A DNA stretch of 63,171 nt, the filler included, from Craspedostauros australis (taxonomy: Eukaryota), in assembly GCA_030167865.1 (NCBI GenBank). It is 12 parts of 12 records of this genome, joined end to end, with 100 filler letters (N's around TTAATTAATTAA, not from the genome) between each part and the next. Parts side by side here need not be neighbours in the genome. Positions count along the whole stretch, not along the records: positions 1 to 3,405 come from JALAGF010002748.1; positions 3,506 to 34,954 come from JALAGF010002749.1; 10 more parts are not named here. The stretch is one strand, 5' to 3'. Below the pieces are notes generated by a model. It saw nothing but the letters and a program-made list of their open reading frames with translations, did no database searches and had not been told where the DNA came from. The position numbers were made by a program, and so were the translations under genes. Within the stretch, counting starts at the first letter, position 1; the number at the start of each line of letters is the position of its first letter. Positions 1-10,854 of the stretch are shown here, one piece after another.

Positions 1-374
1 ATGATGGATACAGAAGGTGAACTTCAAATGGCGAGTACTCATGGAGTAGGAACCAGTACTAAACGAACGGAGTGTCGAATGCGGAATACGCATCGAACAC
101 GGAGTATCGTGCAGCATGAGTGTACGATGTCAAGAGAGAGAATACAGAGAGGAGCGAGAGAGGATCTCGCACACCGACTCATAGTCGTGTCGTATCGGGA
201 ACGTTTCGGAGAACTGAATCTACGAAACAGATTGAAGCGCCGAGAGCATCGGGCAAGAGAACGGGCGTACACCGAGAGGATCGGAGTAGCCAAGTAATGA
301 AATAGCAAACGAACGACTATCAACCAACACCACCTTCCACGATCGTAAGTTACCGTGCGCGGAACTTGCCAACA
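1..374 (+). mobile_element. LTR terminus of a retrotransposon (probably the U5 end of a 3' LTR), cut by the window start
   Basis: Ends in ...GAACTTGCCAACA, a canonical CAACA LTR end, joined directly to copia pol codons with no primer-binding site. It is the reverse complement of 2999-3372, with about 6 substitutions. Confidence 0.7.
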
Positions 375-2998
375 ATCGTGCTCAAGCAAGTGAAGTTCGT
401 GCCCAACCTGTGGGTGAACCTCTTGAGCATCAACAAAGCTCTCGAGAACGGTTTCGACATCAGCAACCAAGGTGTCGTGATGAGCTTGGAGAAGCGCGGA
501 CAACGCATCACGTTCGACAGACTCATGGCAACCCATAGCGGTTTCGTGAGCGGAGTGAACATGATCAGTGCTCCTCCCCACGAAGACCAAGCCAATGTCG
601 GCGTGTCCACCAGGTCCGTGGTGGACATCAACCAAATTCATAAAATGTTAGGCCATGTTGACACTTACACGATCTCTCGCACAGCGGGACGATACGGTTG
701 GAATGTCACAGGCAAGTTGCATGCATGCATTGACTGCGCAATCGGAAAGCAGAAGCAGAAGTCAATGACAAAACGCCTGCAGCGCCGAGCGAAAGAAATT
801 GGTGAGCGGTTGTTCATTGATACATCGAGTGTTCAAACGCACAGCTACGGACAAGGAAAATATTGACTCCTTGTCATCGATGATTACAGTGATTACTGCT
901 GGAGCTACTTTTTGAAAGAGAAAAGTGAAGTCGGAGAAAAATTGATCGCGCTCCTCCGATGGCTTCACTCCAACCAACAGACACGTGTGAAAAATATCAG
1001 ATGTGACAACGCAGGAGAGAATTATTCCGCGGAGAAACAGCTTCTCGACGCAGGGTTCGGTCCAACGTTCGAATACACTGCCGCTTCCACTCCCCAACAT
1101 AACGGTCGCGTGGAAAGAAAATTCGCGACGTTGTACGGGAAAGTTCGCTCCATGCTCAACCAAACGCATCTACCCAAAACAGTGCGTGGTAAATGGTGGG
1201 CGGAGGCAGCCCGAACCGCGACTCAACTCGAAAATATTATCGAGACAAAAACAAGAGAACCAGCATGTGTTCTCTTCAACAACCGCATCCCAACATTCGT
1301 GGATGGATTACGAAAATTCGGAGAAATAGGCATGGTATACATCGGCGGTCGTACGATAAAGGCTAAGCTGGACGATAGATCCAGGCCAGCCATGTTCGTC
1401 GGATACGGCCAGTCGCACGCAAAAGGAGTATATCGAATGCTGAATCTCGCAACAACTAAGATCCTAATCACGAGAGACGTGACATGGATGAATCAGTCAT
1501 ACGGGCAATTCAGAGGTATCGAGAATGCCAACAGATCTGTGCTGATAGATCTAGAAGATGACGACTCTACGTCGGGAATAAACACCCGAGCTACGAGAGC
1601 AACTTGGGAGCGACGATCGGAGACCATCAGGAGCATGGAGGCCGACGACGCGGATCGCAGCAACAGAGCCGAAGAAATAGAAGATACTGATGACGCTGCG
1701 CGAGGGCAAGATAGCTTGCTTCCTGCCCAAGGGGGAAATGAATCGAACGAAGAGAACGACGATGAATTCGGAAGGGACGACGAGGGGAAAGTAGACGAAG
1801 CGGCCGAGAAAGAGCCCAAAGAGACCCCTGTCGCAGAACCTGTAACACGCATACCAAGGATGCTGAGCGCTCTCGCAGGGTACAACAACGACCCCATCCC
1901 AGAGGAGGAGCGAGATCTCGGATCAAGTGATGAGTCAGAACCTAATGACAGCGAGGGATATGTGACGCCCGAAGAGACCATCACAACTCCACCAGAAACA
2001 GGAGGACCCGACTTCCACGCAGACGGGTCAATATTCAACAGAGATATCGCAGGTACGATGATAGACACACCTCATGGAATGATGAGACTAGATGACATCA
2101 TTGCTGCGGACCAGGCATTGAAGGACGAACGGAATGAAGGCGGGGCGGAACATGCGAATGTCGCAATGCTCCTGGATCCCACCACATTCGAAGACTGCTG
2201 GGACCATGCGGATCCCAACAAAAGAAAGAAGTGGCGCGAAGCTATCAACAAAGAGTTCTATGATATGGCCAGAAGGAAAGTATGGGAGAAAATCAAAAAG
2301 GACCAAATGCCGAAGGATCGGCGGTGTGTGAAGACCAAATGGGTCTTCAAGGAAAAGAGAAATGGGGTATTCCGCGCCCGACTCGTGGCATGCGGATACT
2401 CGCAGATCGCAGGAGTCGACTTCTCAGCACACCACGCACCGGTGATACATGATGCAACGTATCGAATCATGCTCACTATGAAGATGATATTACGTATGGA
2501 CAGTATCATCATCGACTTTGAGACAGCATTCCTGCATGGAGACCTCGATGAAGAGATCTACATGCAATGCCCAAAGGGCATGAGGCACGAAGCCGACGAA
2601 TGCCTGCTACTCAAGAAAACCATCTACGGACTCGTGCAGAGCGCGAGACAATGGAATAAGAAGCTTGTCGACATCCTGTTCAAACTGGGATTCAGACAGA
2701 GCGAGGTGGACCCCTGCCTACTGATTCGAAATCAGGAAGGGAGACTGCTACTGATCGGTACCTATGTGGAGGATTGCCTCTGCATTGGAGAAGAGCAGGA
2801 ATTGAAGAAGCTCGTGAAAGACATCCGAGCAGAACGATTCGGCGTCAAGGTGGAGGAAGATCTCGAAGACTACCTGAGCTGCAAGATCATATTCAACCAC
2901 GACAAGACGAACCGTTGGGTAAACCAACCACACATCCTCAAGAACATCATCGACACGTTTGGAAGTGATGTGGTGAAGCTACAACGATACGGAACGCC
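375..2998 (+). pseudogene. Ty1/copia pol fragment (end of protease, integrase, partial reverse transcriptase), inactivated
   Basis: One reading frame carries: VPNLWVNLLSI; HHCC zinc finger (HKMLGH...CIDC); integrase core (IDT, CDNAGE, PQHNGRVERK); RT motifs KWVFKEK, FRARLVACGYSQ, DFETAFLHG, LKKTIYGLVQS. In-frame TGA at 864-866 where Trp is expected (KY*LLVIDD). RT catalytic motif reads YVED (2763-2774) instead of YVDD. Both ends are truncated by LTR termini. Confidence 0.92.
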
Positions 2999-3405
2999 TG
3001 TTGGCAAGTTCCGCGCACGGTAACTTACGATCGTGGAAGGTGGTGTTGGTTGATAGTCGTTCGTTTGCTATTTCATTACTTGGCTACTCCGATCCTCTNG
3101 GTGTACGCCCGTTCTCTTGCCCGATGCTCTCGGCGCTTCAATCTGTTTCGTAGATTCAGTTCTTCGAAACGTTCCCGACACGACACGACTATGAGTCGGT
3201 GTGCGAGATCCTCTCTCGCTCCTCTCTGTATTCTCTCTCTTAACATCGTACACTCATGCTGCACGATACTCCGTGTTCGATGCGTACTCCGCATTCGACA
3301 CTCCGTTCGTTCAGTACTGGCTCCTACTCCATGAGTACTCGCCATTTGAAGTTCACCTTCTGTATCCATCATACTGATCCTCTTCAGTCATCGGATCTTC
3401 ACCTC
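2999..3405 (-). mobile_element. Second copy of the same LTR terminus, inverted, cut by the contig end
   Basis: Starts TGTTGGCAAGTTCC at 2999 and interrupts the RT frame. Inverted repeat of 1-374. Confidence 0.7.
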
Positions 3406-3505
3406 NNNNNNNNNNNNNNNNNNNNNNNNNNNNNNNNNNNNNNNNNNNNTTAATTAATTAANNNNNNNNNNNNNNNNNNNNNNNNNNNNNNNNNNNNNNN
3501 NNNNN
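3406..3505. other. Artificial contig-joining spacer (44 N + TTAATTAATTAA + 44 N)
   Basis: The same 100-nt spacer, with stops in all six frames, recurs at 34955-35054, 39828-39927, 41243-41342, 42718-42817, 44109-44208, 47931-48030, 50331-50430, 51800-51899, 53123-53222 and 62023-62122. Confidence 0.97.
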
Positions 3506-4080
3506 GCGGTGTGCTACGGGAAGCAGATGGAAGGCATGGTGCTGGAGAAATGGGGCCACCCCAACAGCAGGTCTGAGATGATCCGTCTCCTGCACAGCGT
3601 GTCGTACAATCCGCAGGATGAGATCCGTGCCAAGATGCTGATCTCTGGCACTTTCTGAGGTTGAGACAGCGACGGTGGTTGCGAAGATTGCGGAGGTCAC
3701 GGCGGCTACGTACGAATGCAACGATAGGGATTGCAAGGCAACAATCACAAAAGAGGCAAGAGGAAACCCACGATTCTGTTGTGGTGGCTGTTGCCGCAGG
3801 TGCGATCCGGCTGGGGGCAACTATTCCAGAGAGTAACTGAGTAGGAGTATGATAGATCATCTCCAACATTCCTGAACGATGACCACGATAGCAGAGTATT
3901 GGTAGCCTGGTGTGATAGAGGAATGGAGAAGAACTGCTGGGCAAGTTGCGACTTTGCTGGAAGAAGTCGCCGATCGCGCATACATTAGTGCTTCATTGCT
4001 TTTCATGCACATACGGTTAGGACTGTTGTTCTGAATGCAGCACTAAATTAGCCGCAGTTCATGGAGTTCGTGGGCATGCT

Positions 4081-5640
4081 TCACCCTGTTGAGGTTTTCA
4101 TACGAATGCAATCTCTGTCCGTTTTGTCAGTTGGCGCTTCCGCTGTCGTTGCCTTCGTTGCTGTTTCCGCCTCCGTTACTGTTGGTGTTGCCTTGGCCAT
4201 CTCATGATGAACGTGTGGTGCGTTGACTGTCGCCAACAGGTCTGCAAGCACCTTCCCAATCCCCTTGAGCTGCAGCAGTGACGGTTGATCTGCTGGGACG
4301 CACCCATGGAACTTGGAAACGATATCTTTAGATGCCTCTACAATATGCCTTGCTTTGGCGTTGTGGTATTGTACGTTGGTCATGCAGGATGCCAAGTCCT
4401 TGGGATCAGATTTTGCGAGCATATCGACAGTGAAACCAGGGAACTTTTGGTGGATTCTTTCAAGTGCCTTGCGAACGGCAGTCTCGTGACATTGCGCATG
4501 AACTCGAGCAGCCACAAACAGCTGATACCTTCTCTGCTCGATGGTCGTTGAGCCGTTGCTCGCAATAAGGCTGTGCCATCGTTTGATGGCATGTCGTTGC
4601 TCCTCTTCTGGTAAGTCGCTCATGGGCACCCAGGTTTTTCTCTTTCTGCGTGCCTGTTGCTTTTTCTTCTTTGCTGGCTTGGTATCCTTTTCCGATGCGA
4701 CGCTGTCACTAGTCGACGAAGGGAGAGTCATGTTTGTACCCGATGCAACATCCCCGACCACCGTCTGAGTCGGTGACAGCTTGCTGTCAAGAGACTGACC
4801 AATTTGATCGATCGTTTCTGAGCTCGTTGGCGATGTCAGGGGCGCAGGAGCTGGACAACTCGAAGTGTTTGGGACAGAACGATGATTGGGTGTATGTTCG
4901 GTCTGTTGCTGGCTGGGAAAGCTGGCGGTGCTGAGGTCCTTGCGCTTCTGTTGACGACCACTTTTGCGTTGACGTCGGCGTTTCGGTACTCTGGGAGATA
5001 CAACCGTCCATGCTCTCCTCACTCTTTTCATGTCAGGATTTCTCTCACCGCTTGCTTGACTATTTTCGTTCCCATGGCCGCCATCGCCTGTGCCTCCGTG
5101 ACTGTTGCTTGTGGCGATGATGGTTGCTCGAGACGGCGTGAGCGAAGCTGCTGGCGATTTTGGCGCTGCTGTCAATCCGGAGAAGATCCGCATTGACTTG
5201 TTGTTCCCGAGCGGTCGCCCAAACGAAGATGCAAATGTTGCGAATGGATTTGCGGTTGCTTTTGCTGGCTCCTCCGCTTGTTCCGATTTGTTGTCCGCAT
5301 CGTATGGAGACGTCGGTTCACTCGCCGGGCGTGATTTGGATGGCTCGTGCGGCTTCTCGCTTGGGTTTGATTGAATCGTTGAGAGCCCGCGGTTGTTTGA
5401 ATCGCCGTCCTTCACCTTGTCGTTGTTGGTATTCTCGCCCGTTTTGTGGTCGTTCTCTCCATGCGGATCTGCTTTCTCTCGGCGTGAAGATTCCGCAGCA
5501 TCTGCAGGCGCATGATTTGCTCCGCCTCCCTCACTCCGCTCATCTGCTTGAGCAACTGGTTCCAGACCATGGGGATCATGGATCGGCACGTTGCCCTCGT
5601 GCGTGTGAGTGACCTCTGGGATCTCTGCGTTCATATTCAT
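4081..5640 (-). CDS. Endonuclease III/NTH1-like HhH-GPD protein with a long disordered N-terminus; catalytic residues degenerate
   Basis: The C-terminal part (RRYQLFVAARVHAQCHE...NVQYHNAKARHIVEAS...FHGCVP...LLQLKGIGKVLADLL) matches the Nth helical domain and HhH motif. Basic NLS-like clusters (KRRRQRK, KKKKQQARRKRK). First ATG in the frame is at 5640. Confidence 0.8.
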   Translation of the reverse strand: MNMNAEIPEVTHTHEGNVPIHDPHGLEPVAQADERSEGGGANHAPADAAESSRREKADPHGENDHKTGENTNNDKVKDGDSNNRGLSTIQSNPSEKPHEPSKSRPASEPTSPYDADNKSEQAEEPAKATANPFATFASSFGRPLGNNKSMRIFSGLTAAPKSPAASLTPSRATIIATSNSHGGTGDGGHGNENSQASGERNPDMKRVRRAWTVVSPRVPKRRRQRKSGRQQKRKDLSTASFPSQQQTEHTPNHRSVPNTSSCPAPAPLTSPTSSETIDQIGQSLDSKLSPTQTVVGDVASGTNMTLPSSTSDSVASEKDTKPAKKKKQQARRKRKTWVPMSDLPEEEQRHAIKRWHSLIASNGSTTIEQRRYQLFVAARVHAQCHETAVRKALERIHQKFPGFTVDMLAKSDPKDLASCMTNVQYHNAKARHIVEASKDIVSKFHGCVPADQPSLLQLKGIGKVLADLLATVNAPHVHHEMAKATPTVTEAETATKATTAEAPTDKTDRDCIRMKTSTG

Positions 5641-6271
5641 CAATGGGGGTGCGTTGAGGCGTTGGGCCGGTTGGGTGATCGACAGGTGTGGCAACTGTTT
5701 TGTTTCTTGCCTCCACCGCTCCAATCTTCCATCTCATCCAAACGCAGCGTGTCGCTGTTTCCCATCATGCATACCATACTCGCGCCAGCTCCCGCCAACC
5801 AGAGCTGCCTTCTTTGTGTGGTGGCTTCGATGGTTGTGAGCCGTGCTATTGTGGCTGTGTGGTGTGGTGCGTGGGAGGAGATGGCGGCGGCGTGAAACTT
5901 GATGCCAAGATTTCTCAATCGTTGATGTTGTGCACTCAAACACTCGTGATTCAATGCGGATAACATCGCCGACTAGACCAACTTGTGGACTCTCCTGAGT
6001 TCAAGAGATTATGGAATGATGCGTCGTGGTGAAGTGGGGTTACGACAACGTCCGTTTCAAACTTGGTTCGGTTTGTTTGCGATTCGAACTGGTGTCAGAG
6101 TGCGCTATGAAGGATTCTACTCTAATGTCTTGAGTATCCGTACTCTGCTTTCCATCCCCTTGCGGACACAGCCGAGTCCAACGCCGTGAGGTTCGGATTG
6201 TTCCTTGGTCTTCTATGTCCCTCCCATCCAACACTGCTGCTTCTCCCAGTGATCCTTGCAGTTTTGTGTCG

Positions 6272-8351
6272 TCATGGTCTTCTCAGTCGTTTAGACATGC
6301 GCTTCTTGTTTCTTGTTCGGCTGTTGTTGTCGTTGCTGCCGCCGTTGCCAGTCTCTTCGTCGTCATCGTCAGCCTCACTCTCTGTTTCAGAGTCATTCGC
6401 TTTCCGTTTTGCCAGCTCCTTGGCAAACTCATCCTCCACGACTTCCACATCGCCATCCCCTTGGCTCAGTTTGTCCTTGGTTTGTTGGGCTGTTGTTGAA
6501 CGCATCCGATCGCCGCCCTTCATTAGCAGGATTTCGTCGTCGGCCGAATCGTGGTCATCATCTTCTTCTTCTTCGTTGCCGTTGCCACTGTGATTATTAC
6601 TGTCGGCACGATCGTCATCGTTGTCCCCATCGACCATAAACACTTCATCTTCTTCATCGCTGATGCCGTCGGACATTGCACCATCCCCGTCGTCTTCCGT
6701 GTCGTCATCTTCGGCCACTGCAGTTGCATCCGGCAGGCTTTCGTCTTGCGACGAAGCTGCCTCCTTTGCGAGCACGGCTTCCTCCGACGAATCGGCGCCT
6801 TCAGCCGCAGCATCATGCGCATTCACGTCTTGCTGCATTGCTGGAATGAGAATGCTGTGGATGTAGTTGTTCAGCACGCCGACTTCCTCGCGGGCAATGT
6901 TGGAGAATTCCATGGGCGTGGTTGCATTCTCATGTTGATCCCCGTTGGTTGGGTTGGAGTCGGGCGAGTGTTCTGCTTCTGAAGACGAGTTGTGCACTTC
7001 GACCACCAGATCCACGTACCGAGATGCATTCCCGGATCCTCCGCCTCCGCTGCCACGGCCGCACGCAATGCTCGCGAGTCGTTCGCGGGGCAGGAAGCTG
7101 GGCGGCTTGAAGAAGAGCAGCCCGGAACGCATCGGGAATAGAACCCCATCCTGGACACCTGAGTAGCATCGCACGAAGGGCATGTTGCCTGTCGTCGTGG
7201 ATGTATTGGGAGCTTGGAATGATGCGAATGCGTACGATGACTCGTCGGCCGCTTCTGGCTTCAACCCGGATTCCTCAGGCCTTGCGACGAACGAAAGCTG
7301 CGATTGCTGAGACAGCCCCAGATGTTGCACGAAGAGATTTTGCCAAAGCAGTGTTGGGTTCTTCTTCCTGTTTGTTGACGCTTCTTCGTGCAGGAGTCCA
7401 CCACCGTCGTTGCCATCGCCATTGTCGTTGTCGTCTCCATCATCTGGCGCGAGGTGAGGAGATAGCGCCCCGCCTTGGGTTTTATCGAATGGAAGAGAAA
7501 AACAGACCTGATCGACAGGCTTCTTTGTGTTGGGAAGGTCATGCCGTGGAGTATCGAAGCAGAGCAGCACAAGATCGGCGGTTCTCGGCTTCGTTGTCTT
7601 GTTCGACTTGGAAAACGCCTTGCGACAGTCTTCTGGTTTCGGGAACAGGACCAAATGGGACACAGCCGACGGCGTTCCTTCTTCAGACTCTGACACGGCG
7701 ATACCCCCACCTTTTGCCCGAATCTCTGACGATTGAACGATCCATCTCACCACGTCGGCTGGCCCATTTTGCACGTCCGCTTTTGCTTTTGCAGCCGCAG
7801 ATGGTTTCTTGGTGAAGCACAGGCCATGTTCGTGCACGGTAAGCGCACACTTCCCGACGCGCGGTTTCATCACGCTCACTTCGCATTCTCTTGTGATGGC
7901 CTCTCCGATGATTAACTCTGTCGGTTTCGATGTCACAATGGCGCAGGCGCTGGCTCCGTCATCACTGGCACCACCATCTTCTCCGTTGGACGCCTTCGAA
8001 GCAGCCGATCCTTTGTTCTCAACGTGATCGAGAGCGCTCTGTAAGAATCCCGCCGCTTGCGTTGCATTCTGCAATCGCAGGGAAGAAAATGAGAAGAGCG
8101 AAGGGAAGGGAAGTGGAGAACGATCGATGACACGGGGATGAACAGTTTGGTTTCGCAGGGTTGAACTCGCACGGAGCGCGAAGGTGAGTGAGCAAGCAGG
8201 GAAGTTATGTGCGTATGTGTGTGGCGAACTGCTCCCTGCATCTCTTCGTCCTTGTATTGGCATTCTCTTGGCTTACCTTTTGGAATCGTTGATGAATCAA
8301 GTACTTCGCAAGTTCGTCTGACTTGCATGTCTTCAGGCAGGGGACTTCCAT
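6272..8351 (-). CDS. Rtt106/SSRP1-like PH-domain histone chaperone with an acidic tail (2 exons: 8351-8277, 8068-6272)
   Basis: FVRCYSGVQDGVLFPMRSGLLFFKPPSFLPRERLASI...SRYVDLVV...MEFSNIAREEVGVLNNYI matches the second PH domain of Rtt106/SSRP1. D/E-rich C-terminus with a basic end. A GTAAGC...TTGCAG intron joins the two exons in frame. Confidence 0.78.
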
Positions 8352-10854
8352 GATAGCAACCAGCACCGATGCTCAGCGTGCTGCGGTTTCAAATCAATGC
8401 GATATGGAGTCGAGGGATGTCACCGACAATGCCAATGACGCTTGCACAGCCAATACCAGCGGTCGCAGCAATAAAGACTCCAATCTGGATGTGATTGCAG
8501 GTCCGTCTTAACCTCAACGAGTCAATGTTGAGTGCAGCGATCAGATGTAGTTGCGTCGGGATGCTGATGCAAGTCCTGAGGAATCACCACAGCATTGATG
8601 CGACAAGCAAACCAATGCAACACAACCTGATGTGGTGTCTTTGTGATTGTGCTTGTGTTTGTTTTGTTGTGTGCGAAGATTTCGGCGATCGACAACCACC
8701 TTTCGCGCCATTTTTCTCACAAGCCTGTTTCTGTACCTTGTTGTTCTACAAGAATGAGATAGGCTCATTGACGACAAGAGCCGACTCACAAGAACCCCAA
8801 GCGCACCACTCTCGATGGTAGAGTACAACTGTGCGTTGCGCCATCATGAAGAATTCTAAGGCTTTGCACTGTTCTTCCTCGAGAAGCATCGTCAGCGTGC
8901 ACGAGATAGAGGGAGGAAGAGAGGACTCTGGTGTGCAGGACGCCGATGGATGTCTTTATCCAAAGGTTTGGCACCGCCGGAAGATCAAGAGTCGTGCGTG
9001 CGTGCACATGTTGCCGTGGCGTGAAAACCAATGTATTAGACTACTCACTGCATAGAGTGCCTTTAGTCCAACTACCACAGAGGAGAGGGGGGCATCCGAT
9101 TCACACTTTTCACAAATCCAGAACCCCGACGCGGAAAAGAGGATTGGAACAAGGCGCTCTGCCCTTTGTTCTCTTTTGTTTGCACTTGGATGAGGAGATC
9201 CCTCTTGGCCATGGCGGATAGCAATCGCAATCGCACATTCCAAACCAGAACCGCGGCCCTTCGATCCATTCATTCGTTTGCATTCTGTCTTCTTGTTTGC
9301 TCACATTTTGGGCTGATTGTGACGGTGTGCCATCCAGTCGCAGATGTTGTGTGGATGTGATGGGACGGGATGCATCCTACCGATCATTGATATCGATGGA
9401 GAACCGCTGATCAGTTCTGCCATTGGATAGTCATAGATTCTATATATTCTACTATATTGTACATAGCACTGGCAAGTGCGATTCTACCATGACGTATAAG
9501 TACGAAGAGAGACAGAGAGAATGGCAGAGCGGCGGATAGTCTAGTAGAGGGGTGGAGGAAGGTTGACTGCAACAAGGTCGGTCATCATCGACACCCAGTC
9601 ATTCTGACAGGGCTACCATATGTCGTACACCCAAACACGAAGTTGGCAGAGCAGCAGAATGTAGCTCGTATGATAGTTTGCGCTTACGTTCGAGACGACC
9701 CGTTTGCGGTGAGTGTGCAAAACGAAGCGACATGTGCGATCGATTCACTCTCGGGGAGGTAGGGATAGCTCGTGTGATAGAATGGTATTGATACATCGAT
9801 GCCTCTCCCCTCTCTCGCTTTCTCTTCCTCTCCTCGTTTCCGATGGGCCTGCCTCTGTTTGTCATGGTTACGATGATGTGTGCGTGTTGACGCATCACAC
9901 AGATACCGCACACAAAAACAAGATTCCTTTCAAGTTGGGCAATTTTCTTACCCTCTGACAACAACACGGTTGCGTCAACATCAAACACGAGCAATTCAAA
10001 CGTCGTGTAAGACATGGAATTGACCAATCAACAGTGAGGATGATAGCCTTGTGAAGTCGAAGTAGTCGTCGCTGCCACAGAAAAGTGTCATCGTGTGCAA
10101 ATCCTGGACAAAGGCTGTTCCGTGCGTCATCCCTTCACGCCCACGTCTCACAACACGCGCGTAGAAATTGTACTGCAGCGCACACTCCGACCTTCCCCTT
10201 GGAAACGACGTGCACGCTGTGTCGTGATGAGCAGATGTTGTTCGTTCAGAAACACCCACCAAAAACTCATCACCAACACCCCTTGCTGCACGGAGCAAGC
10301 ACAGACGAAAAAGAGATGGAACAAGAATCGGGTATTTCGCCTCGGAAGCGTGGTCACAGAGATTCGAACGCCTCCTTGTTGGCGTAAATGTGCTGCGTCG
10401 TGGCCGAACTTCTCCTCCACCACAGTCACTCTCCAGCAACTGTTGTGGAGACTTCGCACCATCCACGAGAGACTCATGCTGATGTTATTGGAGGAGCACC
10501 TTCCTTGTATTAGTTCGGACAATTACTTCAATCTTGCGATCCTCTCGCTGACCCATTCTTCGTCCAAGCACCAAACAGATCATAATCATCATCAACGTTG
10601 GTGTGAACCTGTATAATAGAGCGGAGCCTTCATCAACACATTCAGCACATTCTGCAAGCAGCAGAAAGAGCAGGCGGAAGCAACAGTGCTCCCATCTCCG
10701 AACAAGGCCCAACTGACAACTCCATCAGAGCGAGTGAACGGACGAACCGGCGAAGAAACGAACCGACCGAGACAGCGATCAACCCAACAACTGAAGGCAA
10801 CAGGTGAAGACAGAAGACGACAGAGCCAAGAAAAGGAAAGGCAAAGCAAGCAAG

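Noticed and set aside
1..297. 98-aa ORF and its mirror at 3076-3372 as a duplicated gene
   Set aside because: Both lie within the LTR-like repeat, all six differences are non-synonymous, and no domain is recognisable.
864..866. TGA as programmed readthrough or an alternative genetic code (also 43469-43471)
   Set aside because: Host genes here use TGA as a stop and TGG for Trp, and the first element also has a YVED RT defect. Simple inactivating mutations are more likely.
1..3405. DIRS-like or TIR DNA transposon suggested by the inverted termini
   Set aside because: The enclosed sequence is copia pol with a DDE integrase, cut mid-domain at both junctions. There is no tyrosine recombinase, and the CA ends face inward.
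3506..3658. Possible 3' end of a plus-strand gene (AVCYGKQMEG...ISGTF*)
   Set aside because: Too short, truncated by the spacer, and no recognisable motif.
8400..10800. Short ORFs between the Rtt106-like and bHLH genes
   Set aside because: No coherent coding signal; treated as intergenic or UTR.
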